64,000 nucleotides of DNA from Paraspadella gotoi (taxonomy: Eukaryota; Animalia; Chaetognatha), in assembly GCA_051294375.1 (NCBI GenBank), contig CM119269.1, positions 11,080,883 to 11,144,882 of the forward strand, given 5' to 3'. Below are positions 35,380 through 51,118 of this stretch, in pieces. A model generated the notes under the pieces. It was not told the origin of the DNA and did no database searches. It was given only the letters and a program-made list of their open reading frames with translations. Within the stretch, counting starts at the first letter, position 1. Each line of letters opens with the position of its first letter. Position numbers and translations under genes: made by a program.

Positions 35380-37809
35380 TTCACTCCCACCACATGTGCA
35401 ATCGATCGGGGTCGTTGTTCCGATGAAAATACTCGTTGATGCTCTTCCACAGACACGAGTCTTCCGCTGCTGTTCCCTTCGTCTTTCTCACGCCTGATGA
35501 AATCCAAAGCGAAAAAAAAAATGGATTCGTCGCGAAAAGCGCGCGTAATTTCAAATTGGAATCGAAAACTAAACGCAGCGTAAAGATGCGAAATGCCAAA
35601 ATCTTTCGTTAAAAAAAGAAGAGAATTCGTTTGTAATTTTTTTTTAAAAAAAGTGAATAAGAAATGAGTGAGTTACGTGAAGCGGAAATTAATTCACATG
35701 AGAAAAAGAGAAAAGTAAGTGGGAGGAAGAGAAAGAAAGAAAGAATGGTCTGAAGGAAGTAAGTAAGGAAAACAAGGAAGGGAAAAAGAAAGAAAAAAAA
35801 TATTAATCGAAGTAAAAAAAAAGAGAACACTCTTCAAACAATAAGTAGCGATCGGTTTAGGCCTATATTTTTAAAATTTATTAATGATAAATGTAGATTT
35901 TGAAATGGTTGTAACTGAGTAATTACTTTAAAAATAATGTTTTCGGGTGTCCTTTTTTTTTTTTGCGCAGGACTGAAGAAATTAAAACAAAATTAGGAAG
36001 AAAAAAACATATTGGATAGAGGACTAACCATTGCAGGCTTTGGCGGCCCGCTCGAGAGTGCGTCGAATATCCTGCATCATGCTGACGTCGCCGTGTTCGA
36101 GGAAGGAGGTAGCGCTTCCGAGCCAGTGATCGAAGTAAGACCAATCGAAGAGCTTTTCGCACAACTGCGTCGAAAGGGGGAAGGAGTTTTACGAAATACT
36201 TAGCTTTCTCTCTTTATTTATAAGTTGACGCCGGCTTTAAAGAGCATGCTTAGGCGGTCGGGAGGTTGCGTTTCTTCTATTATCGCAATAACAAAGACAA
36301 TAAGTTCCTTTTCTCTGCAAGGACTCATGATAAAAACATGACGCCCAAAGCATCGAAAAAAAAAGCGTCACGATCTCAAGGCCGAGGAAAGAGGAAAGAA
36401 CCACGTTAGAATATCTGTGTTGTTTTTTTTTATTAAAAACTAGTATAAACCTGTGACGCTTTTCAATGATTCTTTTTCCTCCGAAAAGTTCAATGAACCT
36501 TATTTTATTTGACTCTATTTTGGGTTTTTGGCGTGAATTTCGTTTTATGGTTCGTTGTCGTCGTCGTCGTCGTAACTCTTTTCTGAAATACATTTCAACG
36601 CCGACGACTCAGACAGAAACGCAGGCGACAATTTTCCTCTTTCACGCCACAAGGCGCCGAACGCCAATTTCTTTTTATTTCAACTCGTCAAACCTCGTTG
36701 GCGTAAGATTTGGCGCAGTGTTGAAGATAGATGTCGCGCCACTCCCGGGAAAAAGGGTCGATGTTTACGGCGCCTGCAGTGCCGGCAGCGCGCGCCGCGC
36801 CGGCGAGAGATTTCTGAGGAGTTTGTGCCTTTGGAAAGAAAAAGATAACAGTAGCCATTTATAGTTTCTCAATCTGAGGCGATTAAAATTGAAAATATTT
36901 TTGACGCTTCGATATAATGTGTTAATTTTCTCTTTTCGTTGTAAAAAAGAATTTACAAAATTTGGGAGAAAAAAATTTATAAGCGTGAAAATAAACGAAT
37001 TAACGATAATTCTTTTTAACAAACGATATTTCGTTTATCACATTTAAACAAAAATGGTGTGATGTCCAAAAGCTGTTAACGTTAGTACCGATTTCAGATT
37101 TCAAATCTTAAATTCTAAAACAACTTTTCTCCACTATTTAGTATAATTTATTAAAGACAAATATTGTTTAAATGTAAACGCTAAAAAACCTCATCTACAT
37201 ATATATACATAAATTACAATCTTAGCTACTCTCGCTTGTCTTTTTTATCCCAAAAGTAAAAATAAAACCTGAGCATTGTTTAACAACGGTCGGTTGGCTG
37301 CTGACGCATATTTGAGAGCCCCCGTCGCTTTCGTCAAATTGTTATCTGTATTGATAATATTAACTAATTTTTGTTCAAACCAATTATTAAACGGAACATT
37401 TAATCCTACCTTTCTTTCTCAGTACCTTGTACCTTAAATCTCTGGAGTCGCTCGTGGTTGATCTTGGTAGAAGAAAACGAAAAAAAAATGTTCTTCATGC
37501 ATAATCATGATGCAATTTGAATACTTTAACCAATCAATTACAAAATTCCGACATAAATATAAAGTGATAAATCTTATCCCGAGACGTAAATACGAAAAAT
37601 CGTCTGCCATCCGCCGTCGTATCTCATTCTCGATCTTAAATAAATTCATCGCAATTAAGTTTGTTTTTTTAAATAAGCTTACAACGAGATAATAATAAAT
37701 AACGATTTCCGGATATTCACCCTGGAGTTGGCTGCCTCGGCCGCGGCTTTGATGTGCTTCGCCATTTGCTGCATTTTCTTCATCCCGTTCCCGCCGTCAA
37801 AGAGACCGG
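34681..37809 (-). CDS. Unidentified multi-exon protein-coding gene (ends not defined)
   Basis: Chain of GC-rich, GT-AG-bounded, phase-compatible exons: GMKKMQQMAKHIKAAAEAANSR|INHERLQRFKVQ|AQTPQK..IDPFSREWRDIYLQHCAKSYANE|LCEKLFDWSYFDHWLG..|..LWKSINEYFHRNNDPDRLHMW|LRPWFDVACGDG..|KFAIPLQGLSIIFRSF..|LNDYETKL. Confidence 0.7.
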
Positions 37810-38028
37810 CTTCAGGGGATTTTGGATAATATATTAAAATAACAATGTAATAAACATGTCCGTATATTATTAAATGAAAAATCGTTGACGGAAATATTTC
37901 CAAATTTTGTTTAAATAACAATGTAATAAAGGATAATTAGATATAAATTGATTTAACATAGTATAAATGGAATTTGCCAAAATTTGCTCTCGCTCCTAAA
38001 ATTAAGAGCATTGGTTAGATAAACCTGC

Positions 38029-40265
38029 ATATGACACAATGAAAAATAACGTGGCGAAACGGGTCTCGTGCTGATTTTGTCCCTTTAAAATTGTTTTCTG
38101 AGCCAAATTAATTGATCATTACTTTTGGTAATATGTGCGATATACACTACTGGACATTACTGTATCTGACCATAACCCTTGACCATCAACAAAAAAGCTA
38201 ACTAGATCAAAAATAGTAAAAAAGATGAAGCAATAGAGCTCAAAACGCTTACAAAATTTTAGACCATTGCTTTTATAAATGCAAAAAAAATATTAATATT
38301 ATTAAAACAAAACTTTAACGATAACCTAATAGTTAACCGAGGCCAAGATGAATATTTTTTACCCATCATTTCCCCAATTTATATGAATCATTTGTTTGTA
38401 ATTAGTCAATTAATCTAAATAACAATATGACAAATTCATTTTCAATTTTCTTTATGAATGGGAAGTTTTCTCTGCTTACTCCCCTTGATCTAATTATTTA
38501 ATATTTTAAAGGTATTTTCAAAAACCTTATATAATTACTATATTTTTCACTTTTTTTCAATTCTTTCGAACAAAAACAACATCATAAAACTATTTTAAAT
38601 TAATAAAAAAAAATTGATTGAATGATTTTGGAAAAGAATATTTTGAAACTTGAGAATAATGGATTATGAGTCAGGAAAAAAATTTTGCAATTCTAAAAAT
38701 CAGCCTCTAGCCTTTCGATTTTTCTAGAGGCTGATTTTTTTTATTTTTTGATATTTTGATTTTCTATGCAAAACCATTATTCTCAATGAGCATAGGTCGG
38801 ACAAAATTTTTTTCCAACAATTTGAAAAAATTTCAACTTTTCTAATTAGGCTTTTTTGGGGGAAATAAATAAATAAATTATTATACAATGGGTACATCTG
38901 AAAGTGATATGTCTCTAAATGATAAAAAAATTTTCTTCAAGTTTTATTTTAAAATTTAAGTATTGTACCAATAGAAATAAGTGAGATACTCCCACTTTGC
39001 CGAAATTTTTATTTAACAAAGATTTGTACTGCGTAATTTAAAAAAAATTATTTTTTTAAAAACTTTTGAAAGAAAAGAGGTAGCAAAGGTGGATGTAGTA
39101 TCAAATTAAAGCCTTAATCATGGGACACACTTTCTAAAAGAGTTTTATTAAATTAAATCCATAAATCTTACACAGCTTTTGTTTAAATCAGAGTTAAAGT
39201 ATAAACAGTTTTTTTGCTTTAAAATTTCAATGAAGGCATATGAAATTTTTTCTTTTTCTTTTGTAATTGAAAAAGGAAAGACTGAATTACATTTTGTTTA
39301 TTATTAAATTTTTTTTATTCCATAAAATTGCTTATATTTTTGGTTAAAGTAAAAAACAAGCAAAAATTTATGTTGTAGCTTGATAAAATGTATTTTTAAA
39401 TATTAAAAATGATAAATACAAAAATGTTTTCAGCTTGATATAAACAGTATGGACATCTACCTTCTTGTCTGTAAAAAAAAATCGTCATTTTTCATTATCT
39501 TTAACTGCAAACTAAAACTTGACACACTGTTGTTTATCATAATAAAGTTTAAAAAATTATATAGCTGGTAACATATTTGACAAAGCAAAACATCATTGTG
39601 TTAAATTGTATTGATAATTTTTTTTTAAATATAGCAAGGAATTTAATTCTATTATTTATCATCCATTTTAATTTAATAAAAATATTTCTTATAATAGCCC
39701 ATTAGAAAGGGTTCATTGACTGATTTAATGATGAAATTTTTTAGATTTTTTTACTGCCCCCATTTCATAAGATATAAAAGGTCATGGTTATCATGTCAAT
39801 AAGTCCAGATTATCTGTACCCTTTCTGCAACCTGCATTCCAAATTTTCTTTTTTTCCCTTTCAAATGTATTAAATAAAAAAAATTATTTGAGAGAACAAT
39901 CGGCATGGAGGATACCATTGGTAAGCCTTAGTTACCCCACTTCCCGATCGAATTTTTATAAGGTTTTTTTTCCATCTATTTGAGACATAACACTAACTAT
40001 TAGTACTATTATTTTTTTATATTTTTTTTCTATTACAATTCTATGAATAAATATGAATAAGTAACTTTTTTTAAAAAATTTATCATCTTTCACCCTATAT
40101 TCAGTCATATCTAAAAAACAAAAAAAGATTTTACATTGATATTTTGATATCAACATATGAAACTATAACGTTTTGGGAAAATAAAAAGAAATATAATAAT
40201 ATTGAAGAGTAAATTTTTTTTATGGACGGAACAGTAACGTTACGCCATTTTTCATTGTGTCATAT
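38029..40265. mobile_element. AT-rich ~2.2-kb non-autonomous DNA element bounded by inverted repeats
   Basis: ATATGACACAATGAAAAA..TGGCGAAACG at the left end and its reverse complement CGTTACGCCATTTTTCATTGTGTCATAT at the right end; no coding content. Confidence 0.65.
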
Positions 40266-41779
40266 ATCCTCTTGACGATTACCATTTTTATATTTACAAG
40301 GAGAATAAATTTCCCTGTTATGCCTCACTTATGTTGGGACCTCACCTGTGAGCTGTCCGCCGGAAGTGGAAATTGTAAAAAAGAAACATAAACAAAAGCG
40401 AAATATCTTTGTGGCAGATGTCGTTGATGAAGCCGTCATTGTGCTTTTTTAAATTTCGTTATGTCGGCTCAGAATAAAAGAAAATGGAATTCGCGTTGGT
40501 CTTGTAACGTTTTTATTTTAATCTTAATCGGCGACTTGTGTATTACGAGTGAAAAAAAAAAATTGTCTGAAAATCTGCCTCTGGCAGCAGCGAGAAAAAA
40601 TAACCTAAAAAAAAAGGAATTCATCTTCGTTATTTCAAAAATTTGTCGCGTATCCCTGAGAAACAATTTGCGAGACAAAGGGCTGAGGTGCCATCTGAGA
40701 GGTGGCAACGCTGAGAGGTGTCAAGTGGGAGAACTGGTATCGACAAGAGGAGCGAAGTAAAAGATCTGATGACGTAAAGATATGTTAAAGTAATGAGTGT
40801 TTTTAGACGAGAGAAAAAACATGGGAATAATATGCGAACCAAAAAATGAAAATAGAAAAGTTAAATAAGGAAGATCACCCTGCCCGTTATGACATTGAGG
40901 AAGGAAGCTAAAAATTAAAAACGTGAGGCGGAAGAAGAAAATAAGAAACCATTCATATTATACTACTTACTACTTAGGTTGACTGGAATATAAATCACTT
41001 CGTTAATGAAAAAATAAACACCGTGGCTGGTAGTATTACGCGGACGATAATCGAATTCCTTCCGTCTAACTCTAAAGCGTAGGCGTGAGCCCTCGTTTTC
41101 AAGCAAGAAGTCGGGAACTCTCATGCCAACCTACTTATTCGCTGCTCGCCGGTGCAGTCGTCTGCCGATGTCAGTGGCTGCCGTTTCAGGCGTCGCTTCA
41201 GGTGACACCCGATTTCTTTAACGCAGAGGACTCCCAACACCCAAAGAAAAAAAAAATTAAATAAAAAAAATAATTCCGTAATAAAAAAAGAAGAAGCAAG
41301 GACCTCATGTCGGGTGAATTTACATATTTTCCCAGGCTTTGCAAAGGTTGTAACTCGAAACCGTTATCAGAAATTTGATGGAAGAAATGATTAATGAAGG
41401 AGATTAAAATTAATCCGGCTAATTACTATTTACAAATTATAGTCGAATGAGAACGCTTTTTTTCCTGAAAATCGGTAAAAATGTTAATGTTATTATTTTG
41501 TCTTTAATACATTTATTTTTCTTGACATCGTCATCATCCACATAATCCACAACCACAACCGGCAAAAATTTGATATTTTGTGTAAAGCAATGCAAGTAAA
41601 ATTCTAGTGAGTGTAGACAGAAGAGCAAATTTCTATAGAAAGTAAAGGAAAGGGAAGGTGATCAGTGAGCGAAAGAGTAGGTAATTGGAAAAAACGTGTT
41701 TGTGGCTACATTCTCTATTTCCCTTTTATGTCTCTTTCTATAGCTCTCTGCTTTCACTGCCTCTCTAAAAACCCGTCAT

Positions 41780-41946
41780 CCCCCCTCGGGAAGGAGGCTT
41801 TCCCTTAACATCCCACCCCCCCTAACCCAAATACCCCGATTCAGTTCCCTCTCTCTCGTATTCCCCCCTCGGGAAGGAGGCTTTCCCTTAACATCCCACC
41901 CTCCCTAACCCAAATACCCCGATTCAGTTCCCTCTCTCTCGTATTC
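41780..41946. repeat. Tandem duplication of an ~83-bp unit
   Basis: CCCCCTCGGGAAGGAGGCTTTCCCTTAACATCCCACC...CTCTCTCGTATT occurs twice, nearly identical. Confidence 0.9.
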
Positions 41947-42836
41947 CTCCTTCCGACTTCCGTCGTTGAATTTGTTTGTTTGGGTGACTTCGGCCGAGAG
42001 AGGGCGGGTCCTCGGCCATATAACCGACGTTGTTGCTTTTCTCGTTTTAGTCTTTTATTTTTTTAACTTTTTGACAAAATTGCGAGATTACTTTTTTTTA
42101 CTATATTAGACTAAAATTAGACTCAATTTTAAAATGAATATAGAAGTTTATTATTCATATAAGTACTAGTTTTATTTTGTTTAAATACATTGTGTAACTT
42201 GTGTAAAAATTAACTGTAATTTTAAGAACCATTTTGTGCCACAAAAATTTTTGCTGCAATGATATGTTAGATGACATTGTGGTTGTGAAAAAGCTTTTGA
42301 CATTCAAATTGCTCAGACACTTACTCCAATGTCTATATCTGTAAGATGAACCAAAATTTTAAAACATTTGATTTTTTTTCATAAAAATATATAACAGGAA
42401 GGTCCTATTCAAATATAATTTTTTCTTTTTTAATTTGATTATGCCATTGATGAGCACATAACTAAGAAAGTAAGCAAGCTGGACTACTGGGAGTGGCGCC
42501 TTTTTTTTTTTTTTTTTGCACAGGACTGTTGTTTCTCAAAATAACTCATTGGATCATTTAACTTCGTAGAATTTAAACCACTCAGTTTTCCTATAAGATT
42601 TCAATGTTTTTGCTTAAATGAGCTTTAATGAAAAGCGCTGAATGTTTTTTTTTTTTCAATTCAATGTTCTCGACATGTGACATCCACGCCGGCATCGCCT
42701 TTCTCGTTATCCTGAATCTTCATGTCATGGTAATGATAGAATTTTCTTACTCATAGTCGCCGCAGAAAATGCTCCATATATGATGTCACTTATTATTCCA
42801 ACACCCCATCCCTTATGGATCAGAACAGATCAGTGT

Positions 42837-42898
<62 letters not shown>

Positions 42899-43500
42899 CT
42901 AGCTTTTTTCTTTTTGGAGAATTTTGGAAGGTAGTAGAAGGTTGGTACGAAAAAAAAATTGACTCTCCTCTCTCGAATTAACAGCTAAATTTAATAACAA
43001 GTATTAACTACTAGTATATTGATTGCTGTGGCAGCGTTACAAACGCCGAGACGAAAAAAATGATAACAACAACCACAGCGCAAGAGCGCAAGCCTTAAAC
43101 ACGAACTACTTCGTCATAAACTCCAATTTGAACATCCAGTTTCAAAAATATGCCTTTTTTTCGGGAGGCTGTCTGGCCTCACATATTTCCCGCCTAGACT
43201 TAACAAAAAAAACGTTTTTCTTTTTTCGTTTTTATTTATTCTTCCATTTTTTTGACGTCAAAGTCCAGAGTTTCCTTGAAATGATTTCTTTTGATCCGTA
43301 GGATATTTCAGTGAGTTCCGTTGCCAATGGAAACGCTATTTCGTAGAGACAAATTTAAATATGTTAAATATTATTAAGGGCTTCAAATCCTGGTGAAGTT
43401 AGCTCAATGATGAGTGCAATGGAGAAAGAACAATCTCTGCAAATTTCGCCACCTATATTATGGTTGTACCAATTTCATAAGATTTAGCAAATTATATTTG

Positions 43501-43931
43501 ATGAAATTGGTACAACCAATATAAAAATTATCCATTCATTTAATTAATAAGCTATCTTGCCCCTGACTTTGGACAGGCTTTGGTGGTTTAAGGATACTAG
43601 TGATATTAGTGCGGAGTACAATATGGTATACACCGATCTATTTGTATAGTTGTATTTGCATAGTTCGTCTGGAAAGCTTACATTAAGGAAGTGGTCTTAT
43701 CATACAATTGAAACATTCTTTGAAATATTATACCACTTCATTGATAGGGAAGCAAGGTACTCTGGCGAGACTGTGAGAGAGTCTTGATAGAAAGCTTGCA
43801 GGGTCCTGCTAAGTTAATATCTTGTAAGATAAATGGATTCCGTAAACCACCATAGCCTGTTCAAATTCAAGGGCATGATAGCTTATTTATGGATTGAATG
43901 TATAATTTCATATAAGTTGTACCAATTTCAT
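43501..43931. mobile_element. MITE with ~95-bp TIRs; abundant dispersed family
   Basis: ATGAAATTGGTACAACCAATATAAAAATTATCCATTCA...GCTATCTTGCCCCTGACTTTGGACAGG with an inverted copy at 43840-43931. Related pieces at ~268-345, 6130-6245, 13914-14030 and 59670-59882. Confidence 0.8.
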
Positions 43932-44103
43932 AAAATCGCCCTGAATAATGAAGATGAAAGACCACGAGGTCGTGATCGAGTTCCGCTTTAACCAAAACAG
44001 CGGAAAAAAAAAGTGTTTTTTCTCCTTAACGGAAATCCACCTCTTCTTTCTCCCTCCTCTTGTTATTCTTTCATTCCCAGCTCATAAATTGTGAAGGAAA
44101 GCT

Positions 44104-44209
<106 letters not shown>

Positions 44210-46293
44210 AAAAGAGAGGCGGGCGAAGCCTGCGATCAGGGACACGTTGGCTTTGTTTCTATCCTTATTCTAATATCATTCAGGTGAAAAGAAATATCCT
44301 TTAGGAAATGTAACTAACAATTACCACTGAATGATGAGAAAAATTACCTTTAACAATTACTGCCAGGTGGTAAAAAAATTTAACGGTTTCGTCAACGTTT
44401 CAGGTCCTGGCAAATCTCACCTTTTAACCATGAAAGCACGTGGTTATTAGTGGGACAGTTTTAAAAATGATCGTATCAAAGAAATCAAATCATATTAAGT
44501 TTCTGTTCTTGAGATATTAATACTGTTGCTGAGCAGGATAAAGGAACGAATATACGAGGACAGTTAAGCCGATTTTTTTAATTTTAAAAATTAATAAGAG
44601 AGAAATACGTATATTAAGTCTCAATAAACTTACCCGCGGAGAGATCAAGAAAAACATCTAAAACTGACGCTCAGAAGAACTAAGGCCGTGCCGGCGTCAT
44701 CTGCGCGGAAACAAGATGATTGTGTAATACTCTTTTTTTTTTAAGAACGAATAAGCCGACAAGATAAAAAGCTCAAGTTTATGATTTTTCTTTTTTAATA
44801 GAATCTTGACGTATATATACTTCCTTCCCATTTTAGCTCTTTATACCAATCGTTTTTCTCTGATTCCTACAACATTTTTTTAAATTCTTTTCAAAACCTA
44901 AAAACACTAAACTTGACCACTTGCTCTAGACCACAGCTTTCAATCTGTTTTTCACATTTAGTTATATTCCTTTTTCAATAACGTTTTCACTACTTTCCTC
45001 GGACAACGACTGCTTCTCCACGAGACTAAATACTACTTTCTCCCTGCCACTTGCAAAGCTTTATCGTTATCAGTCGTCTGCATTGACTTTCGGGAAAAGA
45101 AAATAAAACCAGCGGAATGCGAATACTGTGTTAGTTGCGATCCTAGTTTTCGTTTTATCTGTCATTTCAATACTTTTCCCCCTAAATAATGCTATATGCG
45201 CCTGACAGCGACACCATTTAATTTTTAGTATATTTTTGGCATAGGAAACATAAAAAAAAAACATCTATCAACGCAGAAAATCCAGAAAGTCCACATGTCG
45301 TTGAACTTATTCAAATCTGACTTGGGTGCTCAACACAACTAAGTATGCCCTAATTTTGCCGAGAAACTTACGTGAATAAAAAAAACCCCAAAATTAAACA
45401 AACGAAAAAGTGGTTCGTTTTAAAATATTTGAAAGGTTTTAGCGTTTGAGACTCTCGAGATAAATTCATTCACCAACCCTCTTGAAATCGCTCGGGAACG
45501 AGCCTTACCTTGAATCGAACCGCTTTGAAATGGAATTGGAAGAAAGCTTTTTTTTTTACATTTAAAGCTGATTTTATATAAAAAAAAATGTGTGAATTGG
45601 ATGATTTGGATGTATTGATTCATTAATTGATCGCCCTAATGCCAGTCGGAATTCGTAATCTCACATCCGCTCACACGCTACAATCGAGAATATTAACCGA
45701 AAAACCCCTTTCTTCTTTTTTTTTTAATTTCTTTTTCTTTTTAAGTCAAAATGGCGGAAATGGTTGAGAGGGAAACTCGCGAAAATGGAGATGAATTCGA
45801 AGACTCGGACGAAACGGAACGAACGGTAAGAAAACAAAAGAAAACCAAAAAAAAAAATTACCTTTAAGTGGAAACTGCCATTGCGAAAATTTGATTGCTC
45901 TCCCTAAAAAACAAAATATATTTTTTAAATTCATAAACATATCGTAAACGATGAACCAAGAATTCAGTCGTTCGACGTATTAGGGCGGACCAAAATTTAT
46001 CACTTATTTTGCCCTTTATATGCTTAATCGATTTTTACTATTAATTTTTAAACTACTTAAGCATAGTAAAACATTGAAGCATTTAAATATTTATCAATGC
46101 ATAGGCAATGAAAAAATTATTAAATCTTTGTTTATTTTAAGAACGTATTCGGGTAGCCCGTGAAGAGTTGTCTGTTTTCTGTTTTCAAAACCCTTAAAAA
46201 TTATCATAATTAATTAATTATAGTTTTTTGCAAATTTTAACTGATTAAACATAAAAATTTATAAATTGTGTAATCATATTTTTTATTAACTTT

Positions 46294-46295
46294 GA

Positions 46296-46351
<56 letters not shown>

Positions 46352-46403
46352 ATATAAAAAAGAAAAATAAAGAAAGAATGGAAAAAGAAAGAAGGAATGG
46401 AAA

Positions 46404-46487
<84 letters not shown>

Positions 46488-46490
46488 AAT
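46294..46490. repeat. (AAAG)n microsatellite; representative of many (AAAG)n and (AG)n tracts
   Basis: Other tracts at ~3120-3235, 10333-10430, 12815-12985, 35290-35378, 44107-44203, 47812-47898 and 59303-59360. Confidence 0.95.
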
Positions 46491-47519
46491 TAAGAAAGAA
46501 AGATTGGAAAAAGAAAGAGAGAAAGAAAGAATGGAGAAAGAAAGAATAGAAAAAGAACGAAAGAAAGAATGGAAGAAGAACGAAAGAAAGAAAGGAAAAA
46601 GAACGAAAGAAAGAATGGAAAAAGAAAGCTTTGAAAAAAAAAAAAGAATGGAAAAGAAATTAAAACCGGTGGAATTGAATTTGAGTGATGCTGCGTTCGG
46701 GTTTTAAACCGGTTTCGCATAGTAAGTTAACCGTTCAATCTATTCGCTCGTAAACGAAAAAAAAGTTCAAAAACCAAGATAAAGATTTTTTTTATATTGA
46801 AAAAAAAAACTAAAGCGCCCCCCGTTGAAAAAAAAAATTGCTGGAGTCGCATACGCGAAAGACTTTTCGGTTTCATTTGCATCGATTGGTTTCGACGGCG
46901 GCGCTAGTTAGATGTCGCTTTCGTTCATCCGGAACGCGACGTCGCTCGCATCTTAAACTCTGACTTGGAAACTACTACCCTGCTTTTCATAATTTACATT
47001 ATTTGTTATTACAAAAAGTACTGCGAAATAGGATTGCGAAATACGTATAATTTTTTTTGTTTTAAAGACCGACGATTTACGAGCAAGTAGATAATCTCGT
47101 CAACATTCGATTTTTTTTTCTTTCAATTTTCAATCCGCTACCAGGGATGCGTATCAAATAAGATAAATCTATTATTTACAACCAATTTTATTTATTAATT
47201 TTAAGTCTCAGTTCGATTCTCTCGTGAACCTTCGCCAGTTTTTTCTTTCTTTCTTTCATTCTGTTATTTTACTTTAAGAGTGATAAATAAAAGTTAAGTG
47301 TTATCACATCATAACCCTTTAAGGTTCACATCACCAACGAAAACAACCAACCGATACTCAACATAAACTTCGGAGGAAAAAAAGGTTAGAACTTAGAAGA
47401 CGTTGTAAGAAAAAATCGAACAGAGCTCAAGAAAACCTTTTCTAATTTTATTTTAAATTTAATTTAGAATGAATATGTTTTAAATAACGATTTTAAATTA
47501 ACTTGATTATAAAACAGAT

Positions 47520-49246
<1,727 letters not shown>

Positions 49247-51072
49247 GTAATTTATCTAAAGAATCCTTATCGTTCCTCGTCAGATCCTTTTCTCTTCTAT
49301 CTGAAAAAGGCTTTTTTTAGCTCAGAGCATCAATTGTTTAGACTTTTTTTTTTTTGCGTGTGCGTTAAAGTGGGGAAGATAATATTCTTCTCAGTTGCGT
49401 AACGATCTTTTTCATCCTCGGGCTTTCTCGCTTTTCTACTAAATATTTACGACACTGAACAGATGTGACTTACTTTTCCCTTTTGCAAAATCAATACTGA
49501 CATTAACTACTGAGTAACTTTTTTTTAGAAAACAATAATATACTTAAAAATCCTTATGCAAATTAGTAAACTAGATATTGCTTTTGACATTGCTTTTGAC
49601 ATAACCCTCCACGCCCAAATTGATTAATTTTTCACCTGACCACCTGACCTTCGTGAAACTTTTGCCCACAGTTTCTCCCTTCTGGCGATTACGTTGGATT
49701 TTTCTCGGATGATCGCGCCTTCAATTCCTCGAGATATGACGCCGGTCGACGCTTCCTCATGCGGGTGAATAAATGATGTGGCGAAATTATGTAGATGCTT
49801 CGATGAAGCGATATGTTTGAAGGGCAAAGTTCGAATTATTTGTGCAATTAGAATAAAATATTTACTGAAATCCGCCTAACATATTGCATTAAAAAAAGAA
49901 TGGGAATGCTATATTTGCATAGTTCGTCTGGCAAGCTTACTATAAAACGGGTCGAAGTATCTTTACAAAACCTTAGTACCCTATTACCTTAGTACCAAAA
50001 TAAGAGATTTGAGAACGGTTTTTTGCCTACAAAGCCAAAAAGTTCGTAATAAAAATCGGCTTCATTCAATATGCAAATTACATTAAAGTGTCCAAATGAA
50101 ATTTTGTTTTAATGATAAAATTATTTATAAAAATTAATTAAAATAGTATAAAACCGAATTTAAAAGCTAGCATGCAGTGAAACTGAATTTTATTTTCTAA
50201 TTATTTTTTTTAACACAGATTGAATGCTTTTATTTCCTAATTACCTAAAAAAGTTGACAATCAAGCGCACTTTCTTTATTTTTCTCAGATCTCAATTGAT
50301 ACATTTAAATTTTAAAATAATTCTATCTAAACGGAGAGAAAGACACCAAAGATGGCAGTCAGCCGGAAAAAAAATCGGACTAACGAAAACCATGAATACA
50401 AATACTATCCGATCGCTTCTGGAACCTCATCGAATAAACATTATTTTCTTTTTTACAACATTGAGAATCGCTCTTTTCTTCTTTTTTTTTTAAATTTATG
50501 TTTGTATTATGTAAAAACATTTTTAAAAAAAATTACTCTTTTTTTTATGTTCAGTCTTCACCACTGTCAAATAAATAATGGTAGCTTGTCAGTGGGCCTT
50601 GTGCAAAATTACAATTAGGAGAGGACTTTTCGAAAAATTCCAATTTTTGGTAATGTAATTTAATAAAAGCATAACTATTATACATTATCTGTCGTTTTCA
50701 ACTGATGTCTAATTTTTAGTCGAGAGGAGATGTCAGCTGCTCCCAAGGAAGAATCACATTCGAGTCACGATCAGACAGACTCAGTGAGAATATAAATAAT
50801 TGTGATTTTTCGTCACTTGGATGTTCCTGTTAAAGGGTTTGAAATTTAACCGGTTCTCTATTGTTGTTAATATTAAGCAGTTGAGTGGCCTGTTTAACCG
50901 GTTAATCTTATACCGGCTAACTTTTACATTCGCCGACCGGGATTTTGCGGTCGGTGATTTGTTTTTCGCTTTTTCGCGCAAAAACCTATTGATTTGTAAA
51001 ACAAATGTTTTCACAAACTTTTAAATTTGAAGAGAATGTCTGTAAAAATATTTTTTTCACAAGACAATTGGT

Positions 51073-51118
51073 TTTTGCGCTGATGAAGGCTTTCATTTAA
51101 GCCGAAACATATCGGAAA
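51073..51118 (+). ncRNA. Degenerate minimal hammerhead ribozyme (Penelope-type)
   Basis: CTGATGA A GGCTT tcattt AAGCC GAAA CATA TC; stem II intact, stems I and III damaged; sits at the end of an inverted repeat (50976-51080). Confidence 0.55.

Noticed and set aside
41020-41205. GC-rich exon-like segment (similar ones at 32640-32740, 34380-34495, 42670-42730)
   Set aside because: No recognisable protein motif, consistent exon chain or RNA structure could be established.
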